Assembly: GCA_036785375.1 (NCBI GenBank)
Contig: JAWMAR010000421.1
Location: 620,001 to 684,000, forward strand
Direction of reading: 5' to 3'
DNA length: 64,000 nucleotides
From: Leucoraja ocellata
Lineage: Eukaryota
This document shows positions 24,301-37,407 of this stretch, in pieces. The position numbers and the translations under genes were made by a program. The notes under the pieces were generated by a model that was not told where the DNA came from, did no database searches, and saw nothing but the letters and a program-made list of their open reading frames with translations. Positions within the stretch are counted from its first letter, which is position 1; each line of letters begins with the position of its first letter.

Positions 24301-27300
24301 GTTCCTTTTGTGCCTGGAGTGAAGAGAACTGTCTCATCCTGAACACAACTAAGACTAAAGAGATGGTGGTTAACTTTGGCAGGTCCAAGCTCCCCCTTCA
24401 GCTGCTGGGGCTGACATTGAGGTGGTGCAGACATATAAATACCTTGGAGTGCACCTTGATAACAAACTGGACTGGTCTGTCAACTCTGCATCCCTCCACA
24501 AAAAAGGCCAGAGCAGACTCTTTTTCCTCAGAAGGCTCAAATCCTTCAATGTGTGTAATGACATGCTGCACATGTTTTACAACACTGTGGTTGCAAGTGT
24601 TATTTTCTACGCTGTTGTCTGCTGGGGCAACAGCATTAGTGCAAAAAACAACAAGAAGCTGGTCAAACTGGTTAAACGAGCTAGCTCAGTGCTGGAGGGG
24701 AGAGTAGACTCTGGGATGGATGTGCTTGAGAGGCGTATGAGGCACAAGGTGCAGGTCATCCTGAAAAACCCCGGGCATCCCCTCCATGTAATTCTGGAGA
24801 GTCAAAAGAGCACAACAACCGGCTCCTCTCCCTGCCCTGTAGAACGGAGCGGTTCAGGAGATCCTTCACCCCTGCAGCCATTAGATTTTATAATTCGGAC
24901 CGCTAGGCTGTAGGGGGATGCATTCTTGCAATTTTTAATTGTTAATTATTGGTCTTTTTAAGTATTTATTGCTCTTGGGTAGTGTCCACAGTGTATTCTA
25001 TGTATTTTCTGTCTGCGTTCGTTTTGAATCTGTGGGTTTGTTGGTTGGGGGCTTCTGGACATCTGAATTTCCCTGAGGGGATCAATAAAGTATTTATTAT
25101 TATTATTATATGGAGGGAGAATGATCTGACTAGGAGGACCAGGCAGGAAATGCAAGCATCTACGGAATGTCCTTGACTCTACAGTTGGTTTTTGCTTCTG
25201 AACACTGGAGAAGGTGTTAAATTCCTTGGGATTTCAACCAGATCAAAATCCAAGGTAAAGCAGGTGACTTGCCTGAACAGGATAGAAACCAAACTACAGA
25301 GATCTGGGGTGACAGGAATTCAGCACGTGATGGGGTGAGGTGAGGGATGAAGTTCTGGGGCTCAGCTAGGATGCCTGGGTTGAAGGTTCTTCTTGGTACC
25401 CGAGCCAAGGATGCGGCAGAACGCAGAAATGAATGGAGCAAATTTGTAAACAATGTACCAAAATGCTGTGGTATTCACATTCCTTGTATATTTAGCATTG
25501 GTTCAGTTGTCATGTAGTTGTGACAATGATCATTGCGCTTGATGTGATCAGCCCATTCCTCCTGACAAGTCTCTTCAGTCGTAGGGTTGACAATGCTTGC
25601 ATTATTTGTTTTGTACTTTATTAATGTGACTAACATTCTCCCCATCTGTTGCAGAGGCGCTGGCAGCGGTGCTCAGTGTGTTGCTGATCTACGCTGTAAC
25701 CATAGGGCTTGTTTATGAGGCTGTTCAGAGGACCATACACCAGGACTTTGAGATCAATGCAGACGTGATGATTATCATTGCAGCTGTTGGAGTTGCCATT
25801 AACCTTGTGTGAGTAGCATTTGCTTTAAAGAGCTGAATTATCATCCGTATCATGGCAAACACTCTGCTGCAGTCCTTCTTCTTATCTTCTTAAGCCCTTT
25901 GCTCCTCTGGGGAGCATAGGCCATTGACAAATGTCCCCCACCTCATTCGATTGTTGGCAATTCTTTTGAGATCTCCCCAGTTGAGCCCACTCTCAGACAT
26001 CTCTCTCTGGACACCTCTTTTCCAGCTGTTCCTGGGGTGACCTCTTTTAATTTTTCCCTGGGGTTCAGTTTCAGGGCTTGCCGGGTGATGTTTGTGGCAG
26101 GTTTCCTGAGGGTCCAACTCCAACTCTATTTTCTCCTTCAAATTTGTAAGTCAGTGGGCTCCTGGCTTGTTCTTTTCCACAGGTCCACATTGCTGACATT
26201 GCCTCTCCACCAGATGTTAAGTATTCTCCTAAGGCAGGTGTTAATAAATGTTTGCAGCCTGTTTGTAGTATGTTTTGTTGTTTTCCATGTCTCTGATCCA
26301 TACAGCACCACCTGTTTCACATTTGAGGTAAAGATGTGTATTTTGGTGTTGATTGAGATGTGTTTTGAGCTCCTTCCTGAGCATGTTAAACACCACCCTA
26401 GCATTGATTCTACATTTTATGTCTGCCTCTGCAGTCCACAATGTCTTTACGCCCATCATTTGGGCTGGAAGTCCAATTTCACGGATTCATTGGTTGTAAC
26501 ATCCAAAGGTCAGAGGAATGTCGGGTAATGATTATTAGTATTGGTTGATATTGTGAGTGCCCAGAAGTGTGGTTGGGTGGGAACAGTATGGAATTAGACA
26601 TTGCTGGAAGAGGGTGGCACCAGGTCAGAGTGAGTCTAGTAGCCTTGGGAGGGGGTGCCCAGCAATATTTGGGGGTGTAGGGGAGAGGGAGAGTGCCCAG
26701 CATCAAGGGGTAAGTGCAGTGTAGGGTGTAAGCACATCTCTGAACAGCGACAGTTCTGAAGGTGCTATTGTTGCAATTCCTCCCAAGCAAAACTTATTTC
26801 CAGCACTCACAATCTTTTGGGTAGAGATCCTTCTTCAAAAGTCTGAAGAAAGGTTCCAAATCAAAACATCACCTTTCCAACACTTGGTGTTTTACTCAAG
26901 ATTTCAGCACCTGCGGTTCTCTGTGTGTTAATTTGTGCTCTAACTTAATCACTCCAGATTCGCTGTGTTTAGGAGAATTAATTTCCATCCACTGAGATGA
27001 AATTATTTGATTAAATTAATTTGGCTTCACTTGATCGAGGTTTTATGCCAGGTGTTGAGATGATGCCAGGCTGCATGCCAGGTTTATACTCAGTAATACT
27101 TTGATTATGCAGAATGATGAAGGGTTTTGTATGCACATTGTTCAATGTTTAAAACTTTCATGTTTTTAATTTAAATTTAACAGAATGGGGTTTTTGCTGA
27201 ATCAGTCCACCCATTCCCATTCCCATTCCCACTGCCCTTCAGAAACCAGGGGAGCGCCTGGACACGCTCATAGTTCTGGGACTCTGGCTGTGCGAGCTGC

Positions 27301-30300
27301 TTTCATCCATGCTCTGGGAGACATGATGCAGAGTATTGGTGTCCTGATGGCAGCCTATATCATTCGCTTTGAAGTACGTGTGACCTTCTTTTGTTGCAAA
27401 TTATATAATCCTGTGCACTGCATGGTTCCATAATGGAGTGGGTAAAACTGGTTTAGTCCTTCAGGTGCAAGGTGTTGTCACTTGTCTGTGAAATCAATGC
27501 TAAGTTTTGGGAGACGAAAATATGATTTGGAGTGGAACAAAATGACTCGTAAATAAGAATTGAAGGGAGTAGATTGTGGGGCCTCTTGCCTTCCCTGCAA
27601 TACCACAATGGTGTGCTCCTGCACACTCCACAAAGCCTGTTTGAACATCTATTTTTTATATTTGTTTTCAGGGTCACGGGTTTGCTGACCAGGTCGGCAT
27701 TCATCCCCTTTCCAATATTGTTCCTGGGGAGGTGTGGTTGTGAACCACTGATCTGTTTTGAATTATCTCGAGGACTGAACTTCCTGGGCTCTCCAGCGGG
27801 CAGGGAATTCCAGCGATTCACCCATTTGCGTGAACATTTCCCCTCATCTCTCTCCTACATGCCCTACCCCTTATTCTGAGGCTGTGGCCCTGGTTACAGA
27901 TTTCTATCTCGGGAGAAATTGTCCTCCCTGCAACCCAGACTGTCGAGCCGGGCAAGAGTTTGTAATTGTCAGTGAGATCGCCTTTCATTCTACTAGTTTT
28001 GCAAATCCAATTCCAGCCTATTGATCAGTCCAAGAATGGCAAATCCACCTCCCTGGAACCAGTCTGGGGACACTTCTTTTCTGGATGGTATATCCTTCTT
28101 TAAAGAAACCAACACTGACCCCTATTGGACTAATTACCAGTATTCTAAATCTGAAGTCCCATCTTTCTATTGTAACTCTTGAATCACGCCCCATATAATT
28201 GTACTAAGATATTTGTATTCCTGCATTTAAATACTCTTGCAGTAATGGCCAACATGTCATTTGCCTTTATTTCTCTGGCAGCATGCTCATTGGCCCTATC
28301 TCTGTACTTTGACTTGTTGAATACCTGACATTTGTTGTAAATACAAAGGCTTTATAGCACAGAAAGAGAGCAGTTGGACCTGTCCAAGGGAGTAAAAACT
28401 CCCAAGTACATGGTTGCTGTGTTCACATTCATTCTACCCAATCTCAACTTGGGATGATAGACACAAAATGCTGGAGTAACTCAGCGGATCAGGCAGCATC
28501 CCTGAAGAAAAGAAATAGGTGACATTTCGGGTTGAGACCCTCCTTCAAACTTAAAGTCAGACTGAGAGTTTTGTCCCTGGATCTCAGTCTGAAGAAGAAT
28601 CTCAACCCAAAACATCTTTTCCTTTTCTCCAGAGGTGCTGTCTGACCAGCTGATTTACTCCATATTTTTTTTCTTGTTGTCTCTTTCCAGTTTAAAAAGA
28701 ATCTGCAGTACCATCCTACACATTTTCTCAACTTGGGATGATTCTCTCAGATTCCCACAAACTATCTGAATTCAGATAGTTTGGCGTATTTGCCATTTTT
28801 GGAGACGTTGAATAGAATGGGATTGGATTTACATGACTTTTGGGTGTTGAGATGATGCTAGGAGGCAGTCTGTTAACAAATAGTCCGCATCAAATTCTTG
28901 ATTAACTGTGCCTTCTAAACTCATCCAGAGCCATTTTATGCTTTCTTTAAATGTGCTGGGTTCACTGATAAAATTACAGTCGACTCTATAACATGCAAAG
29001 TAAAAGGGTATTGGGAGTATCATTCAATAATTCAGTAAATTCAAGAAATCTGCTTGTTCAAAACCAGCAAATTCCCAAGCTTGCTGTATTATTGTAATTG
29101 TCCTTTGACCAGATGTTAACGGATGTTTTGGGTGTGTCAAACACACGACTGATTGGGTCCATGACCCAGCATGGTGTTGTGGCTTTGACTCCACTTCATG
29201 GTTACTCTTACTCTCCCACAGCCAGCCTACAAGATTGCTGACCCAATTTGCACCTACATCTTCTCCATTCTCGTTTTGTGCACGACATTCCGAATAATGC
29301 GAGACACCGTTCTGATCTTCCTGGAAGGTACAAATTTTAGCACAAAAGTACTAATTCTTCTCTTACAGATAGTGGTTGAAAAGCAGCTCTAATCGGGGAG
29401 TAGTCTGGTCCTGCACCAGGAGTATCGGGTTCATGGAAGGCACCATTATTTCCCACAACGGAAAAGTTAATTGTGTTTTGTGATAGTAATTAGTGGGTAT
29501 ATAATGTCCGTGAACACTACCTTCTGAAGGATTCTGACACTGGGAGGTGTGCTATGTGTCCCTACTGCACTAGCAGAGGGCTTGCAGAAGCATATTTTTG
29601 TTTCATTTCAGTTTTTCCAACATCTGCAGCTTTATTTCCCCCATTCCTCCCCATTATTTTCTTGAATAGTTATCAAATAAGAGAATAAAATATTACATTT
29701 CAAAAATGGCATAAAAAGGAACTACAAGATGCTGTCTTGTACCAAAGAAAGACACAAAATACTGGAGTAATTCAGCGGGTCAAGCAGTATCCCTGGAGAA
29801 CATGGATAGGCGACATTTCGGGTCGGAACACTTCTTCAATCTGAAACGTCTCTTATCCATATGCTCCTGGGATGCCTCCTGACCCGCTGAGTTACTCCAG
29901 CATTTTATATTAGACGTTATATCATAAATGGTTTGTAAACCATATCGGATATGTGTCAGTTGCTCCTTTGGTTGAGAATCAAATCAGGTTGTACTCGCTT
30001 GAACTGCAGCCACATCATCAGAGCGCATTATTATGAGTATGTTTCTTTATCGTGATCAACATTGATGTCGTAAAGTGTGAAATCTCCCATTTAGTTAATT
30101 CATCTCTGCACCCTATTGGGCAAAATACCAGTATTCCAAATCTGAATTCCCATACGTTCTATTGTAACTAATTGAAAAGCAAAAATGCAGGAAATTCTCA
30201 GGAGGTCATTCAGCACCTGTGGAGAGAGAATTGGAGTTAAATGTTGCAAGTCAAATTGGGAGGAGTTAGAAAGGTGACACGTTTTAAGTTGCAAAGAAAA

Positions 30301-32966
30301 TGAGGAAAAGCAGAGGGGGAAGGGGAAATCTGTTACCAGGAGAGAGTGAAGGACAAGTGCGGGAGGTGGTGCGTGAAGGAAAGGTGAATGAGTATCTGGA
30401 GGAGTGTTCATGAGATGGAGGGGGAAAAAGAGAGGGGTTGAATTCTGGAAATAAAGGATATAAGATAGGAAAGCTGATTCCCAATCATTAAAAAATTACA
30501 TATAATGACACCAACTTTTCTCTCTTCTGCTTTGCTGATTGACCTAAAATGAGAACTATTTTCCTCAAAGTTTGACTGACTGACTTGCTGACTATTTCCA
30601 ATAATCTGTGTTTTCATACTCATCTCCCTCTTCTAAACACCAGTGGATACAATCCTTGCCCCTCCAAATTTATAACACAAACTCGACTGGTAGGAAAAAC
30701 AAAGTGCTGGAAATTTTCAGCGTGTCAGGCCACATTTGTGAGAAGAGAAACAAAGTTCATGTTTCCTTTGTCTAGTAAACCTCTGGACTCCCCCGAGTGC
30801 CACCCCTGGTGATCTGATAAGCCTTGTGAGTTGAGCAGCGCATTTTATAAATGAGCTGATAACTGAGCAGTAATTGTTTTGGTTCTGGATTTTCCTCATC
30901 CTCAGAAAGGATTACAAGGCCAAAACACCCCTAGTTCACTGGGTGTGATTAGACCACCAGCTGGTGCTGCTTGAGTTCCACTTGTGCCTGTATAGTGATG
31001 GATTGAGGCATATTTTGTGTCTTTTCCTCACACTCTGCATTTCACAATCACTAAAAAATCACAACTGCAATAATACTTTATTAGCCAATTATGTTTTGCA
31101 ACATACGAGGAATTTCATTTGCCAAGTCAGTCATTCAAATAAAAAGCAACGGAACACACAAAACACATTTTAACATAAACATCCATCACAGTGACCTCTC
31201 CACATTCCTCACTGTGATGGAAGGCGAAAAAAAAGTTCAATCTCTTCCCTTTGCTCACCTGTGGTCGGGGTCCTCGAGCCCTCCGTTGACGGGATGATGT
31301 TGCCTCCCGTAGCCGATGGCGGGCCCTTCGTGTCGAGGTGATCAGCTCCTGCATCGGGGGAGGTCATCACTCTCTGGCAGACCAGTCAGTTCCAAGCAAT
31401 GCCAGTTGTCAGCAGCGTGACTCCAGGGAAACCCAGCGGTAAAGGTTCGAAACCTTTATGGATGGTTTACATTGCATATCATGGTATATGGACACACTAT
31501 CATGGTATATGGACACATTTATCTGTTTTGTAGTAAGTGCCTACTATTTTCTGTGTCCTATACAGGGACACATGACAATAAACTCGCTTGAACGAACATT
31601 GTGTGACTGACTGATCCTCCTGCCACCCCCCCCCCCCCCCTCACCCCCCATTCATTGGACATTTTGTACCCTCAGGCACGCCAAGACATCTTGATGTACA
31701 TCACATGCGGGACTCTCTGCTGAAGATCGATGATGTGCATTCTGTTCAGGATCTGAATGTATGGTCACTAACAGTGGGGAAAACAGCAGCCATTGTGCAT
31801 TTAAAGCTGAGTAAGTGGTTTACACATCAAATCCACCCCACCCAACTCCCTGGGAATAACCTTGCAGTTTTAGTTAGTGGTAAAACCTTGATCTAATGGC
31901 TTCTTTCTGCATCTCTTGTTGACTGTGGTCAGGAACAGGGGAATGAACTCGGCCAGTGGGGGCTGAAAGGTCTCTTTCACATTGTGTACAGTTGTGGTCA
32001 CTACACTGCAGCAAGGATGTGGTTACACATGTGAGAGTGCAGAGGTGGTTCAACAGGATGTTGCCCGGAATGGAGTATTGTAGTTAAATGGCGAGATTGG
32101 ATATGCTGAGTTTATTCTCACTGGAACCTAGGAGCATGAGGGGTAGCCATAGAGCTTTACAAAATTATGAGGGGCATAAATAAGACAGCTAGTTTTGTTT
32201 CCCCTAGCCAGGAGTATCTAGAACCAGAGGGGGCAAATTTAGGTCAGAGGAGATTTCGGTCATGTCTTGGTTTTCTGGAACATGTTGTGAGAGGAAGTGG
32301 GAGAGGCAGGTCCAATTATAATGTTTGAAAGGTGTTTGGACATGGATAGGAAAGGAACATATATGGACCAACAGGTAAATGGGATTGGTGTAGATACGCA
32401 TTGAAGCTGACAAGGGTTCATATCAGTGCTGTTTCTATTCTCTGACTGAGGATTGGACTAAAGCTGGCAAAACTGCTATATGCTGATGATAAAATCTATC
32501 ACTTTGGCCCAAGGGTGCGATTTTAGCATTTCAGTGCACTCGCAGCCTGGTGTAAAGCCTGGCTCTGCTACTGAAGTCTAATTTATGTCGGTAAAGGCCA
32601 AAAGTATTCACAATTCCATTTGTCTTCCTCCTGTGGTGCAGTGACCATTTCAGGTGCTCAGATACTGAATGGGTCGGGTAAAATTGACATTGGTGCTACT
32701 TGCTCCGGTTAGAACTACTGACCACTCAGGAGCTCCGGCTAGTGTTCACTGATTTCACCAGTCTCGGCATCCTCGTGTTGGCTGCCTGCTTTGATTAATG
32801 TCTGTATTCAGTTCCAGAGAGTACCTCCAGATGGGAAGGTGTTCAGGCCAAGGCTCGGCACGTCTTGCTTCATTCCTACGGCATGCACCAGTGCACAGTG
32901 CAGCTCCAGGTCTACAAGGAATCATCGGGCAGTGCTTGCACCAAGTGTGGGTCCTTGGATGGTTAG
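18379..32966 (+). CDS. SLC30A4: Zinc transporter ZnT4 (CDF family), complete, 439 aa
   Basis: Seven coding exons, all GT-AG and phase-consistent, total 1320 nt: 18379-18811, 20430-20576 ([15 protein letters not shown]), 25655-25808, 27184-27373 (His loop HSHSHSH; [10 protein letters not shown]), 29222-29327 ([10 protein letters not shown]), 31676-31810 ([10 protein letters not shown]) and 32812-32966 (..CTVQLQ..TAG). The HxxxD zinc-site motifs are intact. Confidence 0.96.
19330..20100 (-). mobile_element. CR1 LINE fragment interrupted by another repeat (~19560-19850)
   Basis: ORF 19854-20114: [38 protein letters not shown]. Confidence 0.82.
23650..25110 (+). mobile_element. Rex1/Babar-like LINE, 5'-truncated, RT largely intact, in SLC30A4 intron
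   Basis: Frame-shifted ORFs 23505-23834 ([23 protein letters not shown]), 23886-24707 ([35 protein letters not shown]) and 24422-24913 ([14 protein letters not shown]). 3' end aataaagt(att)n. Confidence 0.9.
25870..26460 (-). mobile_element. RTE-clade LINE 3' fragment
   Basis: ORFs 26138-26404 ([35 protein letters not shown]) and 25890-26141 ([23 protein letters not shown]), with a short (aag)n-like tail. Confidence 0.82.
28455..28725. repeat. Palindromic Penelope-derived (MITE-like) dispersed repeat
   Basis: Inverted arms acacaaaatgctggagtaactcagcggatcaggcagcatc ... gctgtctgaccagctgatttactcc. Related copies at ~11720, 16915, 20995, 21535, 26820, 29720, 35925, 36800, 38050 and 47385. Confidence 0.7.
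29715..29910. repeat. Palindromic Penelope-derived dispersed repeat
   Basis: ctggagtaattcagcgggtcaagcagtatccctggagaacatggatagg ... tatccatatgctcctgggatgcctcctgacccgctgagttactccagca forms a long imperfect inverted repeat. Confidence 0.72.
31980..32430 (+). mobile_element. Degenerate CR1 LINE 3' fragment
   Basis: cattgtgtacagttgtggtca..., tacaaaattatgaggggcata, tctagaaccagagggggca are CR1 3' motifs. Confidence 0.7.
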
Positions 32967-35900
32967 GGGCCTGATCCTTAAATTTTGTGCCTTTCATTCA
33001 GATGAAAAACACTAAAAATCAGTATTTGAAACTGTCATCACAAACAAATTCTACTTGTGGAACGCCAGCTGTAGAATTGAACCTCGCAACGCATCGCCTC
33101 GCTCTGTTGCTGCAGAGACCCTCTGCTCAGCAGCTGACTTGAAGACCCTTTTGCCCTTCGGGCAGCTTCTGATCACGTGTCCCCCTTGATTCCCAGGTAC
33201 CCAATATGTTTATATACCTTTTCTTCAGTTCGTATTTACTCCGCCTGGGTGAGAACTCTGGGTGTTCACTAGTGGCCTGGGACTGAGCAGCGCTGTTTAT
33301 CTAGAGAGCCAAGAGTGGTGCAGGGAGTTGTTGATTAAAGCAGCTGTCAAGGACATTCTGGGCAGAATGGCCTCTGTGCTGGACCAATCTCTCAGTCCAC
33401 ACAGAGCTGCTTGAAGGCACTCTTCTAACTTGCTGAGAATTTGATTCACTGAAACAAGGTGTTTCAGCTAATAATCATGAATAATAATTAGTTTTATCCC
33501 TCTCCCCATTTCCTTCCTGGGGAGCAGATAAGGAAAATGAGGCTCCAGCTGCCAGTGGCCATGTTGCAGCCTGGTCTGGGCATTGATTTACTTTGAGACT
33601 CTGTTCATTTTACAGCTCCCCAGTTCCATTCTGTGACCCAGAGCCAGTTTATTGATGGTGCAAGTGTGTGCCATTTGTAATCGCAGGTTGAGCATTAACA
33701 ATTACTCGACATTATGTGCGATAGTGCAGTTTGCTGGGATTTGGATTGGGAAGACGAGTTGTCCCAAGTGCAGTAAACAGTTAAACAGTATTTGCAGATC
33801 AACACTTTGAACAAGTCTTTCTGAAAGAAATTTCCTCCTAACCTTTTGTGAGCTCGGCCTCTCTTAATTGTTACTGGAAAGAATTGTTTAGCCTTCAATC
33901 TCCTGGAAGAAATCAGACAATTTAAACATGTTTATAATGAGGAATAACTAAGAAACAAGTTAATAATGTGCATAATCTGGTGAGATTTAAAAAAAAAATA
34001 GAAGAAGCTATAGTAATTGCAGGACTTCTGATCGTGTTCATCACAATTCACTCCAGTTTAGTACAGGATATGCTGCTGTCCTGTTGATGGGATATGAACT
34101 AATCTATCAAAATAGTTATTTCTGGTTTGTCTGCAATGTCCTTTTTAAAGTGCCATATACAATTCTACAGGCAAGGGATTCTTGACACCGTTAAGAGTCA
34201 GCCTTTGCCAAGTGCCACCAACTATAGCAAGCAGCTGATGTATTTAAGCAGATGTGCTTCTGTGCACTGTGGTGGCACCTTCCTGCTGCTCTGTTACAAG
34301 ACCTGGAATTAACCTGCAAATGGTCTTGAATTTTCCCCATCCGCCCTTTGATGTTCGCTTTGTTTAGCAGTGCAGGTAGTCTCTGTGGTAGGGCAGTGCT
34401 ACCTGATGTTTGTGTTACATGTGACCCCCAAGGTCATGAGGAAAGAAGGAAGCACCAGCATTGAGTGCCATATTGCGTTGCATGGCTATTGATTTCCCTA
34501 TTTCATTATTTACAAGTAATATGCTGTCTTATTTTTTATTCCTATTTGAATTTGCCTCGCATTTGAATTTTGGTGCCAAATGTTATGCTTATTTTGCTTG
34601 AATATTAATGTTGTAACTAACATCCACTGCACCGATTTACAGTGGTAAATTATGTTTCACCTCCAATTGTGTATCAACTCCAAATTAAAGAAAACTTGTC
34701 CTTTTGTCTCTGCTTTTCCACATACAGTTGGTTACCAGTTTTTATTTTGCTCATTATACCCGTTATATTTTCCTTGGGTTTTGAATTCTCTTAAATCTTT
34801 TCCATTGCTGTTCAGTTTCATTGTTTTGCAATATTGTAAATCATTATACTTTGCAAGGTTGAATTCTCAACCCCTCAAAATGGCATTTTCTTAAGTCTTT
34901 TGCCTCGGTATTCATCTTGTGTCCTTTAAGATAATAAACTGGAGCACAGTCTTTGAGTCGACGCTGTTTATTCTCTGTGTTCTGTTACCTGCTCGGGCGA
35001 ATCCACAGGTGGCAAATCTTGTCAACCCTTTTCCCCTGCTGAATACAAAGGTGTGTATGTACATTGTGCGGATAATAACTACTCGCCTTTGCATGCTATT
35101 TAATTTTTGAGTTGTGCAAATTCATGTGTCTTTGCTCAATTCCCAAATTGGTTTGTAAATCCTCTCTCTGATTCCACAATTCACGAGTCAGTGAACAAAC
35201 CCCGAGTCTGTGATTCATCCCTCAATGTCCGTTTCTCTCGTGAAAATGACTGGAGTGGTGCAGGTGAATCACGGCCTCGCCTCTTTGGGTCACTGGATGA
35301 TGGGAAGGGAAGATGCAGTAGGCGAGGCGGGAAGGCAACCATCCCTCGCAGATGCTGAACAGTGGAGCAGCAGCCTCCACATAGGATGACTATTCTTCAC
35401 TATTTCCTCCACATGTGTAGGATACATCATCCAATGTGGCTGATGCTGGGGTATGGGTGAGGACCAGGGCATGTCTGTTTTGCGGTGTCTAGAAGAAGAG
35501 GCGAGAGCAGGATATGGATGAGATGTGGACAGATGCTCTGTCCACTACAGTAGAGGGGAAGCAATGGTTCAAGAAGAAAAACATTTCAGGGGCACATCCA
35601 CATCATTGGAGCACTTGTGGGCAAGACAGACGAACTGAGAGAACGAAATGGAGGCAGGGTGGAGGAGGTCCAATCTGAGGGAGGCTGTGGGCTTGTGGTG
35701 GATGCTGGTGTCCAGCCTATCACAGGATAGAGGAGAGACCTGGAATGGATGAGGAGATGGGCCGTGTGAAAATGAGAGCGGGGTGGAAACTGGCAGCAAA
35801 ACTGGTGACATTAACGAGTGGAGGAAGTAGCAGTAACGCGGTCCTGGATGTAACGGGGGAGAATTGGGGGAATGGCGGAAACAGCGCTGAAACCGTCTCT

Positions 35901-37407
35901 CACAACAACAACAACAACGCAAGCGCTGGAGGAACTCAGTGGGTCGGGCAGCATCTGCAGAAGCAACGCTGCCTGACCCGCTGAGTTACTCAAATACTTT
36001 GTGTTTTTTTTTTAAACCAGCATCTGCAGTTTCTTGCCACAACAAGGCGGTGGGGACTGTGGCAAGAGACTACAACGGCCCTCCCGCGGCGCCATCAGTG
36101 ACGCACCGGCACATCGTGTCGGGGACACGAACCCTCCGTGTGAGGGCTGATGTCGGGCTGGACCAGCCTGCCAGGTGTTTCCGTCTCTTCATTTTAAATT
36201 ACCCGAGGAGGGCTCAGACAGGAGTGGCTGGGACCGAGGAGAAGATCGGTGCGGTGGTAAGCGGGGAGTTGCAGCCTCGCCCAGCGGACAGGAATGAAGT
36301 CAGCGGATGGAGCCGCCCCGAGCCCGGGGGAACGGAGAATCCTGCGCTTCATCAGCACCGCCCCTCCCACTTCACAGCCCCTCCCTCAGCACCGCTCCCT
36401 GGCATTTCACTGCTTGCAAGGCGTCTGTTCGCTGTGAAAATGTGGGATTCGTGCAAACGTGAGAAAATAAGACAAACACGATCGAGCCTTGTACATACAC
36501 ACAGGCAGGAACGGTTGTACATGGGGTATAATATAGGGGACACCATGTATTGATACGCGGCAGGTGTTGAGATCTTCTGAAGTTGGACCTACTATAGAAA
36601 TCTAGATGAATGATTGATCTGTGCATCTGTTAGGGGCTGGAATAAGCATAAATACTGACAGAGGGGTGTGGACAGCACTGGCCTGTCCCACCCTGCAACG
36701 TCCCCATAACGCAACACCATGACCCTCCCCCCCCCCCCCCCACCCCCACACACACGTGTGGCTCCCTCAACTCTTTAGCAATAACAAAAGTGCCGGAGAA
36801 ATAGTGAACGTCGCCTATCCATTCCCTCCACAGATGCTGCCTGACCCGCTGTGTTCCTCCATAACTTTGTGTTTTGCACAGGATTCCAGCATCTGCAGTT
36901 CCTTGTGTCTCCCTCAGATCTTAGTCTGAAACGCATGTCGCCCACGAGGTTCCCTCCAAGCCTCGGGAAATAAGTGTCGGTAACATTGAGCACCCCTGCC
37001 CTCACGTTGTATACTTTCTTACAGTATAGTAGGAGACGAATCGGCCAATTGAGCTCGGGCCAACTCTCCGATCAATCCCACCCCAACTCCCCAGGACCGG
37101 CCTCTCTCACGTCCACAGTGCTGGGGTGAAGACAAGGGAGACAGATAATTCAATAGAATGTTATTCAATAGAATAAAAATCTTCGTTTATTTTTTAATTT
37201 ACACAATTTGTTAAATAGAATGTAATGAGTTAGATATATTTGATGCTTCCACACGATGGCCTGAGGGTTACAATTCGAGAGAGAAAGTTGTCATTTCCTG
37301 ATGAATTTTGAAATCTGTAGCGAGAGCAGTTGCAGAGTTCAGGGATGATTGGACAGAATGACTCAGCATTTGTCTGCTCACCTACGCGCTCAGGATTCGC
37401 ACACTCC

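Noticed and set aside
34127-34312. ORF containing KCHIQFYRQ as the last SLC30A4 exon
   Set aside because: The true last exon is 32812-32966 (correct phase and much better match); this lies in the probable 3'UTR.
35939-36553. 204-aa plus-strand ORF
   Set aside because: Begins inside a dispersed repeat, crosses the minisatellite and duplication edge, and has no recognisable domain; a chance GC-rich ORF.
37385-37404. GTGTGCGAATCC right after the C15orf48 stop as mature miR-147
   Set aside because: Only the first 7 nt match, the seed is incomplete and there is no complementary arm.
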